From: a virus
Virus record (IMG/VR): IMGVR_UViG_3300045988_098704
Strand: one strand, 5' to 3'
Length of the DNA: 42,457 nucleotides
Below are positions 13,837 through 21,131 of the stretch, one piece after another (the stretch's first letter is position 1; each line of letters begins with the position of its first letter). Position numbers and translations under genes: made by a program. Under the pieces are notes generated by a model, which was not told the DNA's origin, did no database searches, and saw only the letters and a program-made list of their open reading frames with translations.

Positions 13837-14543
13837 AGCTGATCCCATTGGCCAGCTCCTCCCACGGGAACGCCTATCTGGTGGAGGACGGAACGACCTG
13901 CCTGCTGATCGAGTGCGGAGTGAGCTGGAAAAAACTCCAGAAGCTGACCGGATTCGGCGTGTCCGGCATTGCCGGGTGTCTGATCTCTCACGAGCACAAG
14001 GACCACGCCGGCTGCTATGAGCAGCTGATCCGGAGCGGGGTCCCGGTCTACGCCAGCCGCGGGACGGCGGAGGCCCTGGGGTGCGAACAGCTGGAGCCTC
14101 TGGAGGACAGGGAGGCGGTGGCCCTGGGCAGCTTCGACGTGCTCCCCTTCCCCACCTTCCACGACGCGGCGGAGCCTATGGGCTTTCTGATCCGCAGCCG
14201 GACGGACGGGGACAAGCTGGTCTTTGCCACAGACACGGTCAACCTGGGGTATCAGTTCCCCGGTGTGGATCTGGTGGCCATCGAGTGCAACTATGACGAG
14301 GCCGCCCTGGAGCGGTCGGAGCGGATGCCGGAGAAGGTGCGCCGCCGGGTGGCCAACGCCCACATGAGCGTGTCCAGGGCCTGCGCCTGGCTGGCGGGCC
14401 TGGACAAGTCCCGGGTGCGGGAGGTGTACCTGATGCACCTGTCCGACGCCTGCGGCAATGAGTGGATGTTCCGCCGTCTGGTGCAGCAGGTGGTGGGGGA
14501 CCGGGTGCAGGTTACGGTGTGCCCAAAAGAAAGGAGTCAATAA
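13833..14543 (+). CDS. MBL-fold metallo-hydrolase
   Basis: TTG at 13833 overlaps the upstream stop. SSSHGNAYLV..., ISHEHKDHAG (HxHxDH). Confidence 0.85.
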   Translation: MKLIPLASSSHGNAYLVEDGTTCLLIECGVSWKKLQKLTGFGVSGIAGCLISHEHKDHAGCYEQLIRSGVPVYASRGTAEALGCEQLEPLEDREAVALGSFDVLPFPTFHDAAEPMGFLIRSRTDGDKLVFATDTVNLGYQFPGVDLVAIECNYDEAALERSERMPEKVRRRVANAHMSVSRACAWLAGLDKSRVREVYLMHLSDACGNEWMFRRLVQQVVGDRVQVTVCPKERSQ

Positions 14544-14545
14544 AA

Positions 14546-14761
14546 ATGGCAGCAGCGAAAGAAAACCCGGCCGGCGTCGCCACCACGATCCGGGTCCCGG
14601 AACATCTGTTGGAGAAGATCAGAGCGCTCGCGGCTGAGATCGGAGACAGCCAGAACGGTGTGATGCTCCATCTGATGTTTATGGGGATGAAGGTCTATGA
14701 GGGCAGTGTCCAGATCAGTCTGGGTGCTCCTCAAGATACTCGATCAAAGCCCCCTCGATGA
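14546..14761 (+). CDS. Ribbon-helix-helix (Arc/CopG-like) protein
   Basis: AAAGGAG SD, ATG at 14546. TTIRVPEHLLEKIRALAAEIGDSQNGVMLHLMFMGM. Confidence 0.7.
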   Translation: MAAAKENPAGVATTIRVPEHLLEKIRALAAEIGDSQNGVMLHLMFMGMKVYEGSVQISLGAPQDTRSKPPR

Positions 14762-14903
14762 AATCTGTCAGCTGAGAGTTGATAGAACGGTGCTCGGCCT
14801 GTGCGACCTCTTTGATCAGGCGGTACACTTCGTCATCCAGCCGAAGGCTGAAAACTGTGGTGTGTCCCGTCTTTTTGAAGTAATTACGGTCTGAGATCTT
14901 CAT
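14715..14903 (-). CDS. Ribbon-helix-helix (CopG/Mnt-like) repressor, divergent from the antirepressor operon
   Basis: GGAGG SD. FSLRLDDEVYRLIKEVAQAEHRSINSQLTDFIEGAL. Confidence 0.75.
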   Translation of the reverse strand: MKISDRNYFKKTGHTTVFSLRLDDEVYRLIKEVAQAEHRSINSQLTDFIEGALIEYLEEHPD

Positions 14904-14915
14904 AGCGTTACCTCC

Positions 14916-15043
14916 ATGTTATTTTGACATTAGAACAATATCACAGAACAGCAAAAAAAGATAGAGCTACTTTGATGTTGGAATAACATCATTTTGATAT
15001 TGACACACAGGAAAGTGATGTTATAATAATGTTATTATAACAT
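14916..15043. promoter_or_regulatory. Three palindromic operator-like sites sharing ATGTT/AACAT half-sites
   Basis: atgttattttgacat (14916-14930); tgatgttggaataacatca (14973-14991); atgttataat-aatgtt-attataacat (15018-15043, 10-nt perfect arms overlapping the -10 box). Confidence 0.6.
15000..15027 (+). promoter_or_regulatory. Promoter of the antirepressor operon
   Basis: TTGACA (15000-15005), 16-nt spacer, TATAAT (15022-15027). Confidence 0.65.
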
Positions 15044-15060
15044 TGAACGGAGGCTTCCTT

Positions 15061-15303
15061 ATGAACACCGATCACGCAACCAACTTTCTATTTGCTGTGG
15101 ATCAACTTCAATTCAGATTTTCGTGTGGGGTCAATGCGCTGGGGGCGATCCATACCGCCATGGAGGAAGGGTCATCATCCCCGGAATGTTACCTGGATGG
15201 GCTATTTGGCATATATCGCCATCTCTGCGATTTGAGTGACGAATTGGAGAAAAATATTTATGCCGAGCTTCAGTCGATACGCGATGAAAAGGAGAAAAAA
15301 TGA
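15061..15303 (+). CDS. Hypothetical protein (80 aa), first gene of the ant operon
   Basis: GGAGG SD, ATG at 15061, in frame with ORF 15043..15303. Confidence 0.65.
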   Translation: MNTDHATNFLFAVDQLQFRFSCGVNALGAIHTAMEEGSSSPECYLDGLFGIYRHLCDLSDELEKNIYAELQSIRDEKEKK

Positions 15304-16001
15304 ACGAATTGATTAAAGTGGACTTCTCTGGGGAGAGGCCCGCAGTCTCGGCCCGAGAGCTGCATGAGTTCCTGGGGGTGGAAACCAGGTTTAACGACTG
15401 GTTTTCCAGGATGTGTGAGTATGGGTTTTTGGAGGGTGAGGACTTTTACTCATTTTTGAGTAAAACCCCGACAGGTGGACGCCCAGCACAGGACGCCGCC
15501 CTCTCCATCGACATGGCCAAGGAGATCTGTATGCTACAGCGCAATGAAAAAGGTAAACTGGCACGCCAGTATTTCCTTGCGCTGGAGCGGGATTGGAACA
15601 GCCCGGAAAGGGTCATGGCCCGGGCGCTGGAGATCGCCCACAAAAAACTGCGGTGTCTGGAGGAACAGCGGGAGCTGGACCGGCCCAAGGTCCTGTTCGC
15701 GAATGCGGTGGCTGCGGCCAGGACCTCCATCCTTGTGGGAGAGCTGGCCAAGGTGCTGAAGCAGAACGGGGTGGACATGGGCCAGAACCGTCTGTTCACC
15801 TGGCTGAGAGAGAACGGCTATCTGATCCGGCGGAACGGGAACGACTATAATATGCCGACCCAGAAGGCCATGGAGATGGGACTGTTTGAAATCAAGGAGA
15901 CCGTGGTGGCTCACGCAGACGGGCACACTGATACCAAGAAAACGCCCAAGGTAACAGGGCGTGGACAGCAGTATTTCATAAACAAATTTCTCGGTACTTA
16001 A
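15300..16001 (+). CDS. ant: Phage antirepressor (AntA N-terminal domain + KilAC/ANT C-terminal domain)
   Basis: VSARELHEFLGVETRFNDWF...MAKEICMLQRNEKGKLARQYF (AntA-like); LVGELAKVLKQNGVDMGQNRLFTWLRENGYL (KilAC-like). Confidence 0.9.
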   Translation: MNELIKVDFSGERPAVSARELHEFLGVETRFNDWFSRMCEYGFLEGEDFYSFLSKTPTGGRPAQDAALSIDMAKEICMLQRNEKGKLARQYFLALERDWNSPERVMARALEIAHKKLRCLEEQRELDRPKVLFANAVAAARTSILVGELAKVLKQNGVDMGQNRLFTWLRENGYLIRRNGNDYNMPTQKAMEMGLFEIKETVVAHADGHTDTKKTPKVTGRGQQYFINKFLGT

Positions 16002-16059
16002 AACAGCGGCTGGCGGGGCTGGGGCGTCCTGGCCCCGCCGGTAGAAAGCGGGTGATGAG

Positions 16060-16497
16060 ATGGCCGGACGGCCGAAGGAGGGCATTGAGTTCTCCGGCTG
16101 GGCCACGGACGTATTTGAAGATCCGAAGATAGACAAGCTGATCGACGGCCAGGGTGTGGCCGGGTTTACGATCTATTTCTATCTTTGCCAAAGGGCCTTC
16201 GGGCTGCATGGATACTTTTTGCCATGGACCTGCGATGATGCCGCCAGCGTTGCAAGACGGATCGGCGGCGGAGTTGGGTCAAAGGCGGTACAGGATACCG
16301 TTGGGCTGTGCTTGCGTATTGGCTTGTTTGACCGCATGCTGTACGAGGGGCACGGAGTACTTACGAGCAGGGGCATCCAGCGCAGTTTTGTGCCGGCGCT
16401 GAAAAAACGCCGGGTAAGGTCTGTCATAGCCGATTATTGGCTCTTGGGAGCCGACGAGAGCGTCGGTTTGGTTTTCATACCCAAAAACGGTGGGTAA
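16060..16497 (+). CDS. DUF4373 (Lin1244/Lin1753-like) replication-initiation-associated protein
   Basis: MAGRPKEGIEFSGWATDVFEDPKIDKLI... is typical of the family N-terminus. Confidence 0.7.
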   Translation: MAGRPKEGIEFSGWATDVFEDPKIDKLIDGQGVAGFTIYFYLCQRAFGLHGYFLPWTCDDAASVARRIGGGVGSKAVQDTVGLCLRIGLFDRMLYEGHGVLTSRGIQRSFVPALKKRRVRSVIADYWLLGADESVGLVFIPKNGG

Positions 16498-16513
16498 CGT
16501 CCATCTGCGTCAT

Positions 16514-16620
16514 GCAAATGCCTATTTGCGGCCTGCGAATGACACATAGGATAGGATAGGAGAGGTATAGGGATAGGAGAGGTAGTTCTAAAGATAGAAC
16601 TCAAAAATCTATACCCTCTA
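16514..16620. repeat. Iteron-like repeat block (candidate replication origin)
   Basis: Palindrome gcaaat-gcct-atttgc (16514-16529). ATAGG x3 in tandem (16546-16560). GATAGGAGAGGTA x2 with a 17-bp period (16555-16567 and 16572-16584). Inverted repeat agttcta/tagaact (16584-16600). Confidence 0.5.
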
Positions 16621-16717
16621 CTTCTAACGGGGGGCGCGCTGCTGAAAGAGCTCTAAGAGAAGAACAGGGAGCGGCGACTGGAAGGTGGACCCCCTCCCCA
16701 AAAACGAGAGGTGCGAT

Positions 16718-17146
16718 TTGACAAAAGAGGACGTATGCAGGACGTTTGACCTGCTGGAACAGATCTACCAAGGCAAGAAGAAGCCGCGTGACAACGTGAC
16801 GCTGGCAATCTGGGCAGAGATATTGAAGCCCTGGAGCTATGCGCAAGTCAGGAGCGCAGTGGTTCAGAGAGCGCGGGAAAACCGATTTTTTCCGGATCCC
16901 TCGGAACTGGCGGCATATCTCCCTCCCATAAGAGACAAGGGGGCAGAGAAAAGCGCCCCAGATGGCCTGTTAGAGGCTATGGAGAAAAAGCGGAAGGAAC
17001 TGGATGACTGGCAGGAGGAGTGGCACCAGGAACTGCGGGAGCGTGGGCTGCCCACATTGCGGGAGGCTGCGGCCCGGGGAATGAGCCCCGGGGAGTGGAA
17101 TGCGCTGCTCCGGGAGGCCGGCGTGTGGGAGGCTGCCCATGGCTGA
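16718..17146 (+). CDS. Replication protein with G39P-like helicase-loader motif
   Basis: ORF 16685..17146. GAGAGG SD favours the TTG at 16718. WAEILKPWSYAQVRSAVVQRARENRFFPDPSELAAYL. Confidence 0.6.
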   Translation: MTKEDVCRTFDLLEQIYQGKKKPRDNVTLAIWAEILKPWSYAQVRSAVVQRARENRFFPDPSELAAYLPPIRDKGAEKSAPDGLLEAMEKKRKELDDWQEEWHQELRERGLPTLREAAARGMSPGEWNALLREAGVWEAAHG

Positions 17147-17501
17147 CACACTATGCCTGAGCTGCGCAAAGTGCTATGGAGACTGCCCGTGGTCTGAGCG
17201 GGATCCAGAGACCAAGCGGATCAAATTTCAGCCGGTGCCTGGGTGGACGGCAGAACCGACTTGGAAGCGGGGGTGCGGGACCTCATACCGTGTGGTCGCC
17301 TGCCCGCTGTATGTGAGCGACGGGAAGGACTACTCCGCCGGCCGGGGCCAGAAACCAAAATATGATGTCCGGGCGGTGTCGGACTGTCTGCGGGCTGGGA
17401 TGACTGATAGGGAGATCATGCGGCGGACTGGGATCCAGTCGGAGAGGACATTGCAGGAGTATAAGCGGCGGGCGAGGAGATTGGGGGATGTGTTGGAGTG
17501 A
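17139..17501 (+). CDS. Hypothetical Cys-rich protein with C-terminal HTH-like segment
   Basis: ATG at 17139, in frame with ORF 17100..17501. CLSCAKCYGDCPW; MTDREIMRRTGIQSERTLQEYKRRARRLG. Confidence 0.65.
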   Translation: MADTLCLSCAKCYGDCPWSERDPETKRIKFQPVPGWTAEPTWKRGCGTSYRVVACPLYVSDGKDYSAGRGQKPKYDVRAVSDCLRAGMTDREIMRRTGIQSERTLQEYKRRARRLGDVLE

Positions 17502-18091
17502 AAATACCAGACGATGTGTTTTTGGCCCGATGTAAATTCTGTATACACAATCGACCAGAAGCGGAAAACATAGAGATACCGGAGGACAAACTGTTTGCCC
17601 AGGTTTTTTCCAGACAATCGCCGTGCGGGATCATTGGAATTGCACAGTGCAATAAGGTTCAGGGCGAGTGCCTGGACTTCAAGCCTCGCCCGATGTTTGG
17701 AATTTGCAAATACTGTGCCTTCACAAACAGCTTTCATGCTGGATTTTGCACATTTCCCGGCGGGCCGTTGCACAAGCGACAGGCATTCCTTGGATGGAGC
17801 GGTATCGGAGATTATTACGGCAAGCACGCCCTGTTCACCTGCGACTGCTATCAAGCAAGCGCGTACTGGAAAGATCTGATCATAAAAAATACCATAGAGG
17901 GCCGCGCGCCGGCCAATTTTGACCCGGATACCTGGGAGCCATTAGAGCGCCTTGACGGGACGGCGGCGGCAAAAAAATGGTCGGAACTGCAAGAAAGGCG
18001 AAATGCAGAGCTGGAGGCAGAGAAAGAAAAAGAATCCATGGAACGAGAGAAGCGAGAGCAGAAACAGATTTCCATGTTCGATGAATGTTGA
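17498..18091 (+). CDS. Hypothetical Cys-rich protein, lower GC than its flanks
   Basis: ORF track. GTGA overlap with the upstream gene. 13 Cys. Confidence 0.6.
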   Translation: MKIPDDVFLARCKFCIHNRPEAENIEIPEDKLFAQVFSRQSPCGIIGIAQCNKVQGECLDFKPRPMFGICKYCAFTNSFHAGFCTFPGGPLHKRQAFLGWSGIGDYYGKHALFTCDCYQASAYWKDLIIKNTIEGRAPANFDPDTWEPLERLDGTAAAKKWSELQERRNAELEAEKEKESMEREKREQKQISMFDEC

Positions 18092-18107
18092 AAATTGAGG
18101 TGTAAAA

Positions 18108-18257
18108 ATGCTGACCATCGTGATCCAGGTAGACGCCCCGCCTGGTCAGGCCATCGGTGTGAAGGAGCACCTGGCCATGTGCCTGGAGCGGTACGGAGAC
18201 ACGCGGGTGGTGGAGATCCGGGAGACCGGGGCGGAACAGATGAGGATTGGAGAATGA
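18108..18257 (+). CDS. Hypothetical small protein (49 aa)
   Basis: GAGGTG SD, ATG at 18108. MLTIVIQVDAPPGQAIGVKEHLAMCLERYGDTRVVEIRETGAEQMRIGE. Different frame from the track ORF starting at 18095. Confidence 0.6.
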   Translation: MLTIVIQVDAPPGQAIGVKEHLAMCLERYGDTRVVEIRETGAEQMRIGE

Positions 18258-19081
18258 TAGAGAAACAGAATACCCAGTACGTCCTTTCCCTTTCCTACGG
18301 AAAAGACAGCATGGCCTGCCTGGGCGCAATCAAGCACTTGGGATGGCCGCTGGATCGGATTGTCACTGCTGATCTGTGGGCGACACCGACTATCCCGGCG
18401 GACCCTCCCGCTATGGTTGAGTTTAAGGTTTGCGCAGACGAGATGATTTGGCGGGAGTACGGCATCCGTGTGGAGCACTATACCACCAGATGCGCCGAAG
18501 GAATCGCCGGCGAACGCGTGAGCTACGAGGAGTGCTTCTACCGAAAAATGACCTCCGGGAAATTCGCAGGTGCAATTAAGGGCTTCCCTATGCAAAAGGG
18601 AAACTGGTGTGCCAAGCTGAAACTAAATGCGCTCTCTCAAATGGCAGCGGCTACAAATGGGTGCGTCCAATATCTTGGCATAGCAGCAGATGAACCGAAG
18701 CGCATCGCACGACACATCAATCGGCCAAACATAAAACTACCCCTCGTGGAGCTTGGATGGGAGGAAGATTTATGTGGTCTGTGGTGTAAATATAGCGGTC
18801 TGTTAAGCCCTATATACGAAACGTCTGGAAGGGGGGGCTGCTGGTTTTGCCACAATCAGGGCGTCGGACAGCTGCGGTTGCTGAGAAAGGTCCACCCAGA
18901 TCTGTGGGCGATGATGCTCAAATGGGATTCGGACAGCCCTGTATCGTTCAAGCCGGATGGTAGAACGGTCCATGACTATGACGAACGGTTTCAACTGGAG
19001 GACGAAGGCCTGATACGGCCTGGAGATCGATTTTTGTGGTCTATGCTGAAAGATGGTGGTGTAAATTACAGACTTTTTTAG
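18254..19081 (+). CDS. PAPS-reductase-family (PP-loop ATP pyrophosphatase-like) protein
   Basis: ATG at 18254 (ATGA overlap). LSLSYGKDSMA PP-loop-like motif. C-terminal CWFC. Confidence 0.8.
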   Translation: MIEKQNTQYVLSLSYGKDSMACLGAIKHLGWPLDRIVTADLWATPTIPADPPAMVEFKVCADEMIWREYGIRVEHYTTRCAEGIAGERVSYEECFYRKMTSGKFAGAIKGFPMQKGNWCAKLKLNALSQMAAATNGCVQYLGIAADEPKRIARHINRPNIKLPLVELGWEEDLCGLWCKYSGLLSPIYETSGRGGCWFCHNQGVGQLRLLRKVHPDLWAMMLKWDSDSPVSFKPDGRTVHDYDERFQLEDEGLIRPGDRFLWSMLKDGGVNYRLF

Positions 19082-19096
19082 ATATGGAGGATTGAT

Positions 19097-19561
19097 ATGA
19101 AGAGATTAACATTTGATGGGAAATTTTGCGACATATCCATGTGTCGATTTGTCCCGGGCGGTTCATTTTGCGAGGACGGGGACTGCTCCCAACGTCAGGT
19201 GTGGGAACGGCTGAAATCCATTGAGGACATCCTGGGCGACGAGTACGACCTGGACCGCCTCCGGGAGCTGGTGGAGGCCGACCGAGAGGGGCGGTGCGTG
19301 GTGCTGCCGTGTATGATTGGTGACAACGTGTATGTCCTAAATCACCATCTGGGTCGAGTGTTTGAAAATGAGGTTGCTGGGTTTTCGGTGGGGTACCAAA
19401 GCGATAACAGGAACAGTGTGTCTACTGTTTATGTCGGAAAATGTGGTTCTAAAACATTCCGAAGGTGGAAATTCCAACAATTTGGGAAAACCGTATTTCT
19501 GACCCGCGAGGAAGCGGAAGCGGCACTGAGGCTCCAGCAGCCAGCGAAGGAGGGTGACTGA
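19097..19561 (+). CDS. Hypothetical phage protein
   Basis: GGAGGA SD, ORF track. Confidence 0.75.
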   Translation: MKRLTFDGKFCDISMCRFVPGGSFCEDGDCSQRQVWERLKSIEDILGDEYDLDRLRELVEADREGRCVVLPCMIGDNVYVLNHHLGRVFENEVAGFSVGYQSDNRNSVSTVYVGKCGSKTFRRWKFQQFGKTVFLTREEAEAALRLQQPAKEGD

Positions 19562-19562
19562 T

Positions 19563-19859
19563 ATGCGGCTGATTGATGCGGATTTTGTTTTAAGTCGAGT
19601 AAAACCGTACTCCATTGATGATGAAAACTGGTATGTGACAGGTGGAACGGCAAATAGGTTAATTCATAATGCAGTTGACACTGCCCCTACCGTTGACGCA
19701 GTTCCGGTGGTCCGATGCGGGGAGTGCAAGAGGTGGGACGCAGACCCGGATAGCTACGGAAAAGATGATGGCCCGAAGGGGAAGTGCATGAAATCGTTTG
19801 AGGAAACAAATGATGATGATTTCTGTTCATATGGGGAGCGAAAGGATAGTGTGGAATGA
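19563..19859 (+). CDS. Hypothetical phage protein with CxxC
   Basis: ORF 19554..19859. SD spacing favours the ATG at 19563 (MRLIDAD...). Confidence 0.7.
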   Translation: MRLIDADFVLSRVKPYSIDDENWYVTGGTANRLIHNAVDTAPTVDAVPVVRCGECKRWDADPDSYGKDDGPKGKCMKSFEETNDDDFCSYGERKDSVE

Positions 19860-20038
19860 AGAACTTTCCAGAATGTGTGTGCAAAACACCAGATGAATAT
19901 ATCTGGATTGCCCTTGCAATCGAAACTCTCGCTTACCACAATAAAAACTATCTTGACTCATGTATGTGTGACAATGCTAAAAGAAGCGAGGAAATTCAAG
20001 CATTGCTTATTCAAGCATTGAAGGGCGGTGCGGAATGA
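19856..20038 (+). CDS. Hypothetical protein (60 aa)
   Basis: ATGA overlap, ORF track. Confidence 0.5.
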   Translation: MKNFPECVCKTPDEYIWIALAIETLAYHNKNYLDSCMCDNAKRSEEIQALLIQALKGGAE

Positions 20039-20190
20039 TTAGAAATCCTTGTAAAGATTGTATTTACTACATGAAAGAGAACAAAATTTGCCAATCAAAA
20101 AAGTGCGCAACTGGTGGTGTAGGTAAAGTGTCTTTGTTGGATAGGATGCTTTGCAAGCCTGCGAAAAAGGACGGTAGCGGCAATGGATGA
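20035..20190 (+). CDS. Hypothetical Cys-rich small protein (51 aa)
   Basis: Own translation: MIRNPCKDCIYYMKENKICQSKKCATGG... ATGA overlap with the upstream gene. Confidence 0.45.
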   Translation: MIRNPCKDCIYYMKENKICQSKKCATGGVGKVSLLDRMLCKPAKKDGSGNG

Positions 20191-20404
20191 ACTGAAACCG
20201 TGTCCGTTTTGCGGCAATCCCCAAATAGGCATTGTCCGAACACGGAAAAACGGCGTTCCATCTGGTGACGATGGATGGTGCGCAGAGATCAAATGCAAGT
20301 GTGGAGCCAGTATGAAGTTCTGGGCGCTAAAGAAAGCGTGGGCAGAAGAAACCATTACGAAAGCATGGAATCGCCGAGCCGGAGGGGAGGAGCAGGATGG
20401 ATAA
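20183..20404 (+). CDS. Lar-family restriction alleviation-like protein
   Basis: MDELKPCPFCGNPQIGIV...CKCGASM resembles the Lar_restr_allev pattern. Confidence 0.65.
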   Translation: MDELKPCPFCGNPQIGIVRTRKNGVPSGDDGWCAEIKCKCGASMKFWALKKAWAEETITKAWNRRAGGEEQDG

Positions 20405-20627
20405 ACTTGTAGATCATGTGACGATGAACATTGGTGCCGTCATCATCCTGGTTGGCGGGCTGGCGCTGATGGGTGCAATCGTCGGCCTACTAGTCTGGCT
20501 GATTGCTCGGGTATGGATCACAGCCAGCAACCGGTGGAGGGGCATTCTCCGCGCAGAGAGCCTGATTTATGAGCACCGCAAGAACCGAGATGAATTCCTT
20601 CAGTGGAAGGAGGAGCAGGATGGCTGA
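20397..20627 (+). CDS. Hypothetical membrane protein
   Basis: TM segment IGAVIILVGGLALMGAIVGLLVWLIA. Confidence 0.65.
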   Translation: MDKLVDHVTMNIGAVIILVGGLALMGAIVGLLVWLIARVWITASNRWRGILRAESLIYEHRKNRDEFLQWKEEQDG

Positions 20628-20778
20628 GTGTAAAGCGTGTGGGGAGTGGTTTGGGACGGCCACACCGCAAGATTTGTGTCCTACCTGTGAGAGAGCCTTA
20701 AACCGGCTGGGCGGATATGTGGCCCCGGTGCGGCATGGGAAGTGGATTGGCCTGGAGTATGAGCGCGCCTGTGTATGA
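20620..20778 (+). CDS. Zinc-ribbon protein, N-terminal segment (apparently separated by a frameshift from 20759..20884)
   Basis: ATG at 20620. CKACGEW...CPTCERALNRLGGYVAPVRHGKW. Confidence 0.5.
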   Translation: MAECKACGEWFGTATPQDLCPTCERALNRLGGYVAPVRHGKWIGLEYERACV

Positions 20779-20884
20779 TTTGTGGGAGTGCTCTGAGTGC
20801 GGTGAGGAGGTGCGCGGGGACGACGTCCCCGATACGCACCCGCGGTGCCATGGCTGCGGGGCGCAAATGGACGCCGATGGATAA
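20759..20884 (+). CDS. Zinc-ribbon segment in the +1 frame (YDLWECSECGEEV...CHGCGAQMDADG); either a separate 41-aa ORF without a good SD or the C-terminal half of the preceding gene
   Basis: Own translation of the +1 frame. CxxC...CxxC. Confidence 0.35.
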   Translation: MSAPVYDLWECSECGEEVRGDDVPDTHPRCHGCGAQMDADG

Positions 20885-21131
20885 TCTTCTGACGGACAAG
20901 GATCTGGAGACCATCGCCCGGGCCCACCGCCGCTGCGGTGAGATGGAGATCGAGCGGACGCTGGGGGCGCTGCGGGTGCGGGTGAGCACCTGCCCCGCCT
21001 CCCGGGCCTGGTCCGTGCCCTACCTGATCCGGCTGGAGCGGTGGCGGCCTGGGATGTACAGTACACAATATTTTGACAGCGCGGAGGCGCTGAGAGAGGA
21101 GTTTTCCAATGAGCGCCAACAACGATTATAG
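20877..21131 (+). CDS. Hypothetical protein (84 aa)
   Basis: ATG at 20877, in frame with ORF 20775..21131. The track N-terminus (MICGSALSAV...) looks non-coding. Confidence 0.6.
   Translation: MDNLLTDKDLETIARAHRRCGEMEIERTLGALRVRVSTCPASRAWSVPYLIRLERWRPGMYSTQYFDSAEALREEFSNERQQRL

Noticed and set aside
16546-16600. Short tandem repeats considered as a CRISPR array.
   Set aside because: The repeats are 5-13 nt with 17-bp periods, there are no spacers of CRISPR size and no cas genes. They fit iterons.
18095-18253. N-terminal extension of the PAPS-reductase ORF (track ORF starts at 18095); likewise the 22553 extension of terL and the 20775 extension of the 20877 gene.
   Set aside because: The extensions are Arg/Gly/Pro-rich, overlap better-supported genes in other frames, and internal ATGs have proper SDs or coupling overlaps.
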